64,000 nucleotides of DNA from NCBI GenBank assembly GCA_950097015.1, contig CATNEN010000038.1, positions 11,966,001-12,030,000 on the forward strand, given 5' to 3'. Below are positions 36,301 through 48,277 of this stretch, piece after piece. The DNA is from Macrostomum hystrix. Taxonomy: Eukaryota; Animalia; Platyhelminthes. The notes below the pieces were generated by a model that made no database searches, was not told the origin of the DNA, and saw only the letters and a program-made list of their open reading frames with translations. How positions within the stretch are numbered: the stretch's first letter is position 1; each line of letters starts with the position of its first letter. The position numbers and the translations under genes were made by a program.

Positions 36301-37459
36301 GCAGAAGAAGCTGCCGTACCGGCGTCGAATAAGCTTGACCAGGTCGCTGGCATAGACTGGACCGTCGTTAGCGGGGTCGCCTGTGGTGCCATCGGCTTCG
36401 ACATTATCTGGAAGGTCGCCGCGTAGGGCCAGGATGTTCTTCAGGCCGAGAGATTTGGCGCGGTCAAGTATTTGGATTAGGCGGGCCTCGGATTGGCCAA
36501 CACAGGTCAGGTGTAGCACCGTGTCAATGCCGCAGTAGTTTAGCATGGCCGATGCCACCTATCCAAGTAACAGTTGGTTAGGTGGGAGTGACAGATGAGG
36601 CAGTTGGGAGTGACAGGTGAGGCTGTTTGGGAGTGACAGGTGAGACAGTTTGGGAGAGACAGGTAAGGCAGTTTAAGAGTGACAGGTAAGTCAGTTTGGG
36701 AGTGGCAGGTGATACAGTTTGGGAGTGACAGGTGAGACAGTTTGGGAGTGACAGGTGAGGTAGTTCGGGAGTGACAGGTGAGGTAGTTCGGGAGTGACAG
36801 GTAAGGCAGTTTAAGAGTGACAGGTGAAGCAGTTTGTGAGTGACAGGCGAGGCAGTTCGGGAGTGACAGGTGAGGCAGTTTGGGAGTGACAGGTGAGACA
36901 GTTTGGGAGTGACAGGTGAGGCAGTTTGGGAGTGACAGGTGAGGCAGTTTGGGAGTGACAGGTGAGACAGTTTGGGAGTGACAGGTGAGGCAGTTTGGGA
37001 GTGACAGGTGAGGCAGTTTGGGAGTGACAGGTGAGGCAGTTTGATATTTAATCATTAAGGGATCAAACACTCCATCACAGCATGCACTGAGCAGCTGCTT
37101 CTCACCGAGGTGGAGGATGTTGGCGAGTCGCCGGCGGGATTGCCAGCCGGATGCCAGGTGACATCGCAGAACAGCGGCCGGCCCCTGGCGAACTGATCGA
37201 ACTTGGACACCAAGCTCACCGCGGCAGACGGTGTGCGCGGCGGAAAGAATTCGCATGAGAACCAGCGCCGGCCCTTCTCAATGCGTCGACGAATCCTAGT
37301 TGCTAGGGGCCGGTACAGGTCAGAATGCGGTGGCGACTGTGGCCTCAGCTTTGGCTGCGGCTGCTGCTTCTGCTGTTGCAGAATTTTCTCATTTTTTGGC
37401 ATCAATGAAGTAGCCTGAGCTACTTGACTGGCCTCGGTGCGTCTGTTAATTTCTGGCAT
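33344..37459 (-). CDS. MTHFR: Methylenetetrahydrofolate reductase (eukaryotic two-domain type); exons 37459-37106, 36558-36223, 35822-35525, 35010-34735, 34652-34282, 33694-33344
   Basis: [97 protein letters not shown]; splice phases consistent. Confidence 0.96.
33858..34253 (+). mobile_element. tRNA-derived SINE family A
   Basis: Homologous to 8695-9058. Confidence 0.87.
35250..35515. repeat. 16-bp GAGAGATGAGACAGGG minisatellite in an MTHFR intron
   Basis: Direct tandem repeat. Confidence 0.93.
36583..37042. repeat. 23-bp minisatellite (GGGAGTGACAGGTGAGGCAGTTT)n filling MTHFR intron 1
   Basis: Direct tandem repeat. Confidence 0.95.
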
Positions 37460-38501
37460 TTCCGTGTTATTCCGCCTTCAACTGTGGTCTCCAATATCCA
37501 GCTTATAAGAGCATACGAGGCCTTCGCCCTAGATTTTATTCTTCCTGGCATAGGCACAAAGGATTTCCACCATGACTGGGTTAGCGGAATTCTCCAAGAA
37601 TTCTTAACAGGCCGAACGATGCCGGCTTTCTCTTTGACCCTAGAGGCCGATGCTAAATTTAGCATCACGCTGTGCATGTGGGGTTTTCCAACAAGCACCC
37701 CTTCCCCGCGTGCTCTTGCCACTGAATGGGTACATTTAGCCCCAGGCCCTAAGAGAAATTCCTTTACCTTCTCGCCTGCCCACAAGCGTCAAGGTCGCAG
37801 TGTTTTTTGACAGACCCGGCACTGCCTGATGGAAATTCCCAGGCCTAGCGCTGAAGTTGCTTCAAAACAATCTAATTTTGTCTGGAAAATTTGGTGGAAG
37901 AGTGCTTGTGTTGTATTATGAGCATGGGAAAGGGAATAACATAAGCCAAAATATTTTTGTTTTTGTTTAACTTTCACGGAACTGTTTAAAGGATTAAATG
38001 GCGTAATGGTGTCTTCGGCAATTGACTGGCACAATTTGACTGCTACAATTAGACTTTCGCAGTTTGACTGCAGAGGAAATGACTGTGGATGTGCACGCAA
38101 AGACTAAAGACAAAAAGACTGCCGATAGTAACTCTAATTCTTTCGCGCCCCCGTTCTCAGTCTTTTGTTTACATTCATTTTGTGGCAGTAATTTTATTGG
38201 CAGTCGAATTGCATCTGTCAAATTGTCCAAGGACAAATTGTTCCAGCCAATCTAGCCAGCGGCTTCATTTGTTTATTAAATATTTCAAGACGTATCAAGC
38301 GCCGTTGTTTTCGCATGAGCTGTTTTTTAAACTGCCAAAACGAAAAGGGCTGATCTGCTTTTTTAGACTGCATAATGATTAGTATAAGTTGTATCCACAC
38401 GTTCTGATTAATCGTTGACCGACATTTAAATAGCTGCTAATAATTCATAAACATGTTTTTTATGCCTGTGTTAGAACTACTTTCTAAAGTACAGTTTTTG
38501 C

Positions 38502-38750
38502 CTAGTGTTTCGAGTGTTGATTCCAGACTTCAGGTCAGGGGTTCGATTCCTGAGTCCAATCGAAAAACTTGTGTCTTTTAACAAAGACAGATAAATTTGC
38601 TTTACTTCACCCATTGTGTGGTAATTGGTGTGGCTTACCCACAGTCCATGGACTGAACAGCCGTACGCAGCCTTCAGATGCGCTGTTCAATATCTGCGGC
38701 TGTGCTGTCGGCTGTACATCTGAACTAATTAGGGCAGGTGAAACAATGTA
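38502..38750 (+). mobile_element. CORE-SINE family B, diverged copy
   Basis: GGGGTTCGATTCC B box; 3' part matches 10120-10220. Confidence 0.8.
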
Positions 38751-39124
38751 TAGATAATTTTTTTAAGTTTAAAAGTTCTAATGTTTAATTAAAACATGCT
38801 GTAAATTTGATAATATACAGCAAATGACATTGTAGTAGTGTACCCAGACGCGACTTAATGTGTTTTGATTAGGTGACTTGACTTAAAAACTCTAGAATCT
38901 AGGTTTCTTTGTGCTCTAGAAACTATAGGGCTACCTAGTTATTTGATATTGTTTTAAACAGCAATGCGTTAAATGCATTTCCTGTCAAGCTTACTATAAG
39001 TAATATAGTTCGTAGTTAGACCCAGAGTCGTTCGATCTTTACACAGAAAGCTGCTAGATACTATACATACAGTCAATGAATAAGTTGGCGTTAAAAAATT
39101 CGAAGCTTTCCTAAATTTAAAGTT

Positions 39125-39690
39125 ACGACCCAGGGAATGAGATGGCGGACCAGCTCGCAAAAGCTGGAGCAGCCAGCACCCTGGCGGGCCAGAGCCTGGC
39201 GCTCCTATCCCCGTCACTGTGACCAACCTCAAGCTGAAGCGCTGGATGGAGGCACAGCACCTGGACAGATGGATAAAGACCCAGAACTGCAAGCAGTCCA
39301 GGGCAGCTGTCACATGTCCGTCTCACGGCCTGCGCAAAGCCCTCTTAAAGCTGAACCGCAGAGATCTCCGCGCAGTCAGCATGGCCCTCTCAGAGCATGG
39401 CTGTTTTTCTCGGCATCGATATCTCCAGGGCTCTCGCCAACTCTCCGATGTTTGCAGGCCCGAGAGCATCCCTCAGCTTGCCCGGTACCTCCGGAATACT
39501 GGGCAAGCCAACATCTTCCCCACCGACATTGCGGAGGACCACGCTGCAGGCGAGTCCAACGCGCCACCCTGAGCAACACCACCTCTCCTGAGGTCGTCTG
39601 GTTTGCCACGGGTTAGCGGAATGGGCGGTCCCCTCCGCCTCATCAGTGCGTCCGTCGGTACGGAGCACCCTGCAGCTAAGTCAAAGTCAA
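39125..39690 (+). mobile_element. 3' fragment of an RNase-H-type (LOA/I-group-like) LINE with an internal deletion
   Basis: LLKLNRRDLRAVSMALSEHGCFSRHRY..VCR resembles the C-terminal region preceding the CCHC motif; (AAGTCA)n-like tail. Confidence 0.6.
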
Positions 39691-40681
39691 GCCTCGTCAA
39701 TCCAGTGTCTTATCTCTCCGGTGTCTCATCTCTCCTGTGTCTCATCCGTTCCCTGTCTCATCTCTCCCCTATCTCATATTCCTATAGTTAATGCGGCCCG
39801 CTGTCGTCTTTTAGGTTCTCTCCGTGGCCGGCACGTTAATAATTTTGCCGACCTCTTTGCTAGCACAAGATCTGCGGCTGAGGCACTGGCGGTACACGTA
39901 GTTAGTAAGATGACGATGAAAACGTCAGGGCACCCCCGTGCTAGTTTCAACAGGTTGTCTTTGGCAACAGACCACTGTAGAAGAGGTGAGTCAAAGAAAA
40001 AAATGAATGAATTTGGCAAAAAACTGATAGATTTAATTTCATGGTCCGTAAGCAATAAAGCTTATTGGATAAGGCTAGAGCGACTATTAAATTTCTCGAC
40101 CGCAAACTCGCCTGTCAGATGTTATTGGAACCTCAAATTTTTTTTCCACTGATGAAATCTTTTTGGAAGCAGATTTAAGGGGAAAAGTAGTGAGAAAAAA
40201 ATAGAAGCTTCTAGCAGATTAAACTTTGAGTTTGACAAGCCTGCTCAAAGCTATACTTGGCTGCTCATCGTCTCCAACGGTCTTAAGGCCCCTGTTACGT
40301 CACAAGCGCCAGACCGTAAAGCTGATCCCAATATAATCCGATGAGGATTCTAGGAATTATGTGTGGACGATTAGCAAAAAAAATCAGTTAGATTTCTTCT
40401 CCCATAGCATTTCCCCCATCTATTTGTTCTGTCTGGTGGGGCCTTGGTCCAATTTCACAGATTCCCTTAGCTATTGGGCCATTGGGTTTGGGAGCTGTTA
40501 AGTGTGTTCTTCCATTTTTGGCAGTTTGGTAATTTGAGATTCGTTTGTTTTGTTGAAGACTCTTTAATTAATGTTTGTTCTGACTAGTTTAGGAGCTGTA
40601 TTACTCCGTAGTTAATAGGATAAAATGGGGAAGTCTATATGACCAATAAAGCAGTCCTAGAGATTTCACATGAAAATATTA

Positions 40682-40818
40682 CTGTCTGTCTGTCTGTCTG
40701 TCTGTCTGACTGTCTGTCTGTCTGTCTGACTGTCTGTCTGTCTGTCTGTCTGTCTGACTGTCTGTCTGTCTGACTGTCTGTCTGTCTGTCTGTCTGTCTG
40801 ACTGTCTGTCTGTCTGCC

Positions 40819-40883
<65 letters not shown>

Positions 40884-40908
40884 GACTGTCTGTCTGTCTG
40901 TCTGTCTG

Positions 40909-40967
<59 letters not shown>

Positions 40968-41172
40968 GTCTGTCTCTGTCTGTCTGTCTCTGTCTGTCTG
41001 TCTCTGTCTGTCTGTCTCTGTCTGTCTGTCTCTGTCTGTCTGTCTCTGTCTGTCTGTCTCTGTCTCTGTCTGTCTGTCTGTCTGTCTGTCTCTGTCTGTC
41101 TGTCTCTGTCTCTGTCTGTCTGTCTGTCTGTCTGTCTGACTGTCTGTCTGTCTGACTGTCTGTCTGTCTGCC

Positions 41173-41229
<57 letters not shown>

Positions 41230-41254
41230 GACTGTCTGTCTGTCTGTCTGTCTG

Positions 41255-41329
<75 letters not shown>

Positions 41330-41605
41330 GTCTGTCTCTGTCTGTCTGTCTCTGTCTGTCTGTCTCTGTCTGTCTGTCTCTGTCTGTCTGTCTCTGTCTG
41401 TCTGTCTCTGTCTGTCTGTCTCTGTCTGTCTGTCTCTGTCTCTGTCTGTCTGTCTGTCTGTCTGTCTCTGTCTGTCTGTCTGTCTCTGTCTGTCTGTCTC
41501 TTTCTGTCTCTGTCTGTCTCTGTCTGTCTCTGTCTGTCTGTCTGTCTGTCTCTGTCTGTCTCTGTCTGTCTGTCTGTCTGTCTCTGTCTGTCTCTGTCTC
41601 TGTCT
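40682..41605. repeat. (GTCT)n compound microsatellite, about 920 bp
   Basis: Direct tandem repeat. Confidence 0.97.
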
Positions 41606-42063
41606 GTAATAATATTAAAATTGATGAAAACTTGAAGCACCATTTTTGCAGTAGCATCATTTAACTATAGCAGCAATATAACAATTCAGCAAAGTAAAAA
41701 AAATTATATTTACAAAAAACCTTCTCCTACTGTAAGCATGAAGTTAATGTCAAACTTATTGCTATGGTATATATAACACTTTATAGTATTTAAACAACGC
41801 AATGTGCTGTGCATATTACCTGATGCATTTGCATAAAATTTGGTTTAGATTGTTAAAAACATAGACAAATGTTTCTTATCATTAAGTACCAAGAATATTC
41901 CATTTTTACTTGACAATAAAATTGCATGCGGTCCATGTGTGGTGTATGAACATAAAAACTCTATTGGTTAAAAAGCTAAATGGTATTTTTACACTTGGTC
42001 TCCTAGAAGATTTCCCGCTTAGTGATGGGGAAAGTTAACTATTTTTCTGCCCTTCAAACAGAT

Positions 42064-43032
42064 TCAGCGGACTTCAACAGCCGATACGACTGCGATTATG
42101 ATCAACGCGGAGCACATCGCCAGTGACAGCGTCGAGACAGCAGCTGCCTTGCCATCGGCTCCGGAACTTTCGCCAGCAACGCTTGAAGAAGCAGCGGCAG
42201 CAGCAGCAGCAGCAGCAGCGGCGATCATCGGTGGCTTGCACGCCGCCTCTGGCTCATCGACGTCAGTGTCGTATAATCGACAATCCGGTCCCAGGCGGGC
42301 GATGCAGCCGTCGCTAACGACACGGGTTGAAGACGATGCCCGCGTCGGCGATGTCGGAGCGGCGCAGTCAAGGCCGGCGCTCGAGTTGCCGCGTCGACAG
42401 CGAACGCACGGCCGCTCAGCGCTGCCCGACCACCGAGTGAAGTCGCCGGCCCAGCCGCCAAGCAGAACCCACTCGCACGCGAACTCAGCCGCGGCGTTTT
42501 CCCGGCCATCTCCAGTCAGCAGCAGGCTGATCAGCGTCTGGCTGATGTTGCGACCACCAAGATGGCGCCAGTGCGACCACGGCAGCTGCGGGCAGAGCCG
42601 AGCCTCGGCCTCCGGGCAGGCCAGCTCAGAGTTCCAGAAGGCCGCCGAGTGCAGACGACAGTCGACTGAGCGACGAAGTTGGCACTTGCCGAACTGGCGC
42701 GGATCGGCCGGGTCAGCGACGGCTGGCGCCACTGGCCGAGACCTCCAGGAGCCGCCGGCGCCGTCATCGCCGGTGTTGTCAACGGTGGCGCTGACCTGAA
42801 GGCAGCGGTGCGCCAGGATGTAGCTGGTACGATTGCCACCGGGCAGCGTCCAGACGCAGCCGTGAACAGCTGTCGGCCTCAGCTCGACCTCCTGCTGCAC
42901 GAGCTTCCCGCCAACGCGTTCCGTCAGGACTCGACGCTGCTGCGGACTGCCGCTGCACGACGCGTCATCGAAGGAACCTCTGGCTGCGCAGAGCATCACG
43001 GCCATCAGGATTATTTGACGGAGTTGAGCCAT
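42064..43032 (-). CDS. Uncharacterised Cys-rich secreted or membrane-anchored protein, single exon, 322 aa
   Basis: GC-rich open frame with signal peptide MAQLRQIILMAVMLCAARG, many Cys, Ala/Ser-rich stalk and a hydrophobic C-terminus. Confidence 0.7.
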   Translation of the reverse strand: MAQLRQIILMAVMLCAARGSFDDASCSGSPQQRRVLTERVGGKLVQQEVELRPTAVHGCVWTLPGGNRTSYILAHRCLQVSATVDNTGDDGAGGSWRSRPVAPAVADPADPRQFGKCQLRRSVDCRLHSAAFWNSELACPEAEARLCPQLPWSHWRHLGGRNISQTLISLLLTGDGRENAAAEFACEWVLLGGWAGDFTRWSGSAERPCVRCRRGNSSAGLDCAAPTSPTRASSSTRVVSDGCIARLGPDCRLYDTDVDEPEAACKPPMIAAAAAAAAAAASSSVAGESSGADGKAAAVSTLSLAMCSALIIIAVVSAVEVR

Positions 43033-43769
43033 TTGCCTTAGTTACAGCTCCCAATATCTTCTTGGGCGATTTGAGATTTGAGATCCGTAAAAGATTTCGT
43101 TCCTGACTTTTTAGATTTTGCTGACGATGAGCGACGCTGAGGTGGGGCGGTGGGGTTGTCGGCAAGCTATTAACCGGCCTCCACTGGCTACTTCCTCATT
43201 CGCTGCAAACCTTCTCGCCATTCCCCTGTCTCTCCCCTCCTCTCTCTCTTTTTCTCACCCAAAAATTCAATGAGAGTAGGGATTTCATCTCTAGCTGAAG
43301 CTTCAAGTCACTTCTTCGACGGACTCAAGTGGGTCGGCCAGTCATTTGGAGGGCGGCACTCGAATAAAGAGAGAAGCGATTACGTAACACACAGCCAGTC
43401 TGGTCCCGTCGACTACCCCATCAACGCCCGCTCCCGGGCAGCCCGCAAGGCCTGATGATTTCACTCCGTCAATGCCGAGCTACACGATCCCACTTCCCCA
43501 CTATCGCTGTTTGATCCATCATTTTCGCAACTCTCCTTTTCTTCTACCCGACAATTAGCGGGTCGGTCACACCGCTCAGTGCTGCCAGAGACCTCAGTGT
43601 CATAGGCTGCAATTTAGTGAGGCTGCTAAGGCGACACACCTTGCAAGGCTACTGGGGCCGAGTTGCATGCAATTAAAGAACAGCTTCTCTCATTAGATGG
43701 CGATGCCGAACCTGGACTCAGGGGTAGGTTAATCGCAACGGTCCTAAGGGGTCAGCCCCAAGGGTCAAT

Positions 43770-44425
43770 TAGACAGGGGAGATAAAACAGGAGAGAGATG
43801 AGACAGGGGAGAGATAAGATACGGGAGAGATGACAGAGGAGAGATGAGATACGGGAGAGATGAGACACGGGAGAGATGAAACAGGGGAGAGATGAGACAG
43901 GGCACAGATGAGACAGGGGAGAGATGAAACAGGGGAGAGATGAGACAGGGCAGAGATGAGACAGGGCAGAGATGAGACACGGCAGAGATGAGACAGGGGA
44001 GAGATGAGACAGGGTAGAGATGAGACAGGGCAGAGATGAGACAGGGGAGAGATGAAACAGGGGAGAGATGAGACAGGGCAGAGATGAGACAGGGCAGAGA
44101 TGAGACAGGGCAGAGATGAGACACGGCAGAGATGAGACAGGGGAGAGATAAGACAGTGGAAAGATGAGACACGGGAGAGATGAGACAGGGGAGAGATGAG
44201 ACAGGGCAGAGATGAGACAGGGGAGAGATGAAACAGGGGAGAGATGAGACAGGGCAGAGATGAGACAGGGCAGAGATGAGACAGGGGAGAGATAAGACAG
44301 TGGAAAGATGAGACACGGGAGAGATGAGACACGGGAGAGATGAAACAGGGGAGAGATGAAACAGGGGAGAGATGAGACAGGGCAGAGATGAGACAGGGCA
44401 GAGATTAGACAGGGCAGATATGAGA
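43770..44425. repeat. 16-bp GAGAGATGAGACAGGG minisatellite
   Basis: Direct tandem repeat. Confidence 0.95.
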
Positions 44426-44974
44426 CTCTATGAAACAAATTGCTTCCCTCGGGTCGAGATTCGAACTCCCAACCTCTAAGAAGTACGAATCTCTGCGGAG
44501 TATTGTGCGGCTTGTAATTGCGGGGTGCATCAGCAACCTCCCAGTCTTCAACCTGGCTGCTTTTTGCTAAATGAACCAAGGTTTCTAAAAGACTGCCTGC
44601 ACTTCAATACAGTCACTACAGAAAAGTGATAAACGGAGACATTTTTCCGGAAAAATTAATTTCTAAGAAGAGAGAACAGAAAATTAACCCATCTTCGCTG
44701 CTATTGAGGCCGAGGTCAAAGGCGATTTGAATTTCATTATCTGACCTCATTTTCTCTTTAAAAGAGTTTTTAACTAATTATTTCGTTCATCCCCGTAGTA
44801 ATGTTTTTATCGTAGTAAATTTTGATTTTCAACATTCACCAATCTTTATTTCTCTTTTCCCGACTAACCTTCCTCATCCTTCCTCTTTCCTTTTTTCTCC
44901 CCTTCCAATTTTCTTAGTCCTCCCCATCCTTACTACCTAATTTTCCACTTCCTCCTCCCCATTTTCTATCTTTA

Positions 44975-45200
44975 CCCTTTCATTCTCCCCTTCCTCTCCC
45001 CCTCATTCTCCCCTTCCTCTTCCCCATATTCTCCCTTTCTCTTCCCCATATTCTCCCCTTCCTCTCCCCCTCATTCTCCCCTTCCTCTTCCCCTTATTCT
45101 CCCCTTCCTCTTCCCCATATTCTCCCCTTTCTCTTCCCCTTATTCTCCCCCTCCTCTTCCCCTCATTCTCCCCTTTCTCTTCTCCTCATTCTCCCTTTCT
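44975..45200. repeat. Pyrimidine-rich repeat of about 22-23 bp (CATTCTCCCCTTCCTCTTCCCC)
   Basis: Direct tandem repeat. Confidence 0.85.
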
Positions 45201-46445
45201 TCTTCCATTCTCACATTCCTGCTCCTCGTTCCTCTCTTCCTCCCTATCCTTTTCCCGTCCTCCATTTTATCCAGTCTCGCCTTGGTCTTTCTCAGCCACT
45301 TGATAGCTGATTTTCCTCAGCCTCTGCGGTCGGCACTGGTCGCCAAGGTCACTGGAGGTCAATCTTAAAGCTCTTCTTGACGAACAGTAAAAAGAGTTGG
45401 ACTGACAATTAGGAGAAGTTACTGGAGATAAGGAGGAGGGCAGAGGCAGCATCAGACTTCTTAAGTGTTTTCACGAGCATTCGAAGAGCCGAAATTGATC
45501 GAATTTCTATCCCACGAAGAAGCCATGAGAGCTGTTCTTTTACTTTCTGTGCTAACTCAACAAATCAGATATTTCACAGCTCACTGCCTGGCCTAGAGAC
45601 AAATTAAGTTTATCGCTGCACTGATAAAATCTCGCGAAGATTTTGCTTCAGTTTTCGAAAAAAAGAAAGTTATCAGATTGATCAGAACTGTCTCGGCTTT
45701 TTTCCACATTTGGATAATAATTTTAAATAACTTGACAACGGAAGTGGAACTCATAATGTGCCTAGAAGCTATGATTGAGATAATGAGGCACGAATGTCCT
45801 GCAGCTACTCTCAGTCTTTGTCTCCCAACTGTCAGACGCAATACAGGCGGATATTGTCGCGAGTAATTGTCAACGACAGTCACGGGCTAGTGTGAATGAG
45901 TGATCGTAAAACAATGACCGGTTAAAGAAAGTTGTCTGTCATGCGGATGACACCTCGAAGTGGGAGGAGTCGACGGATGCGCCGCGGCTCCTAAACAACT
46001 TCGCTTAGCCCGGAGGGGCCCCGCCCCTTCCACCGAATTTAAAATCGAATTATCACTGGCGGATTGTTGAGAGGGCCCATGATTGCGTCACCCAATAGAG
46101 CAGACACTGCATGAGCAATGAGATTTTAGAATCCTCTATATGCTAGCAGAGGAATATGATTATGGTAATGATATTCTAGCCAATATAGAGAATACAAAGA
46201 TATGCAATTTCACAGGCAGCGCTGCTGCACTGCAAGGCCAGCAAGATGCTGAATAGTTCTGGTCCGCAGACTGGGCTTGTTTGTCATTGTCGAAGCAAAT
46301 TCAATTGCGAATTGTTGAAGTAGCCAGCCAGTCAGTTTGGATTATGCAAGCCCACAGCCAGTAATTATGCATTTATAGATAACTTTGTAGCTCGTACTTT
46401 CATTTAATTTGCTTTTATTTAAGTACTTGCGATAACTAAATTCCT

Positions 46446-46770
46446 AACAATAAAATAATATTAGCAATTGGACTGTCAAAGCTGGCACATTAATTGTTTC
46501 GTGTCAGTCAACGATTCCGATGACTATACTGAGGACACACGCGCACAGATATTGTACGCAGAACACACTCATACAAGGGTGTACATCTGCCCTGACTTTC
46601 TCATCGTCAGGCAGTGTACACTCTCGCTGTGCCTTGGAGATTGGCCCTCAAGGGCTCCAACTGAATGTGGCCTCGCAGCGGAATCGAGCTCAGTTACGCG
46701 ATCAGGTATCGCGTATCAGCTCAGGTATCTGAGTGGCAAACGCGATAGACCGCTCTGTGTCATTCACCCA
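46446..46770 (-). mobile_element. tRNA-derived SINE family A (degenerate)
   Basis: gtgtacatctgccctgactttctcatcgtcaggcag core present. Confidence 0.8.
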
Positions 46771-48277
46771 CGACGACGCCAATGTTCTGTGATTCTGGAA
46801 GTTGTTTGATCGGGTGGAGCAGAAAATTTTAGCCCGTGTTCTGGATTTTCATGAAAATTGGTTAAACATTTCTGGAGATACAGAAATAAGAAAAATGTGG
46901 GTATTTGTTATAATCTCCCGTGGTTTTTCTACTGTTGCTTGGCTAGTGCAGCATGCAGTGGCACAATCGAAGCTATTGCTCGGCGCTTCTAAAGACTGTG
47001 TACTGTGTACAACAGTTCAGTCCGTGGACTGGAGAGGCCCACACACACACACCGATTAGATGAGGCACGTTAATCATATTCTATGGTAGAAAGTGGGGGC
47101 TTCGCCCCCAAACCCCCAATTTCTTAGCCCGGCTTATAACTTGTTCTCTCTGGCAGTTCAAACCCACAGTCGCAGCTCTCTTTGCTAATTTCTATGTCTA
47201 TGGGCAGGACCACTGCGTCAGGACATCAACGCAATCCGAGAACGACGCATCGAGTTCCAGGAATGCCATGTCTATGGCAAATTTAGAACGAATGCAATTC
47301 CTTCCGGTTAGAGAGTCCAGAAATGTCGCTTCCCGGCGAGCCCGAAGGCCCTTCTGTATCTCCGAGATTTGGATGGACTATCAAACCGGATGGAATATAC
47401 CAATATACAGAGATGCCATTGTAAAGTGTCTAGCTCAGAAACACAAACTCTTTCCCTAAATTTAAAGATTTTAACCTGGCGTGACTTGACCCAATTTTGG
47501 CGCGCTTGACAGGCAGAAGAAAAAAGGAGCTCTTCCACTGAAACAGTTTTTTATACAACGCAACCAAAATCCTCATTCTTCTTCTCCCCTAATTTCCTCT
47601 CTCTCTCCTCTTGTCCCCTTCTTCTTGTCTCCTTCCCCGCCCCTTCCCTGTTTCCCGTACCCAGCTTTGAGATCCGATTGATCCAAATTTTCGCTCATTA
47701 TTACCTTTGCCTCAGCAGCGCACGCGACTACTTGCAGGAAATCTCTTTGTGCTCCAAGCTCCATAGTTCTATGCTCAAAAAGTCAGGTAACAGAAGCCAG
47801 CCGCAGGACATTCATGCGAGCCTTAGGAGGAAGACAAACTGTCTGAACGGAGGATTAAATCGACTCCAATTACACACGGTCGCCCTGCCGGTCGGCCGGC
47901 TTGTTCGTGTAGTTTATCAAAGGTGACCCCGCTGAGCTGGCGTGAGTCATCAAAGCTGCATGACTTCTCTTATTATTGTTATTACTATTATTATTATTAT
48001 TATTATTATTATTATGTAGGAAGCCGTTCATGTGAAGTTAGGAACCGCGCATTGGTTGCTTGATTGTGCAATTAACTAGGGGACGAAAATTTGTCTCGAG
48101 ATTTAGTATATACATCTGCTTCTGTGAATTCTTGTCCTGCAGCTACTACTGACAGAGTCTGTTTGACCCGCTATCAGTAGCAAATTAAGGATTTTGATAG
48201 AAAACTTGTAAAAATTCATAAAGAAAAGATTCAAGGTTATTGACTCCCGTCATTTCAGTCCTGTAAATTTGGGGTTG

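Noticed and set aside
37420-37810. ORFs upstream of MTHFR
   Set aside because: No recognisable motifs; an in-frame stop precedes the MTHFR ATG; probably UTR or promoter
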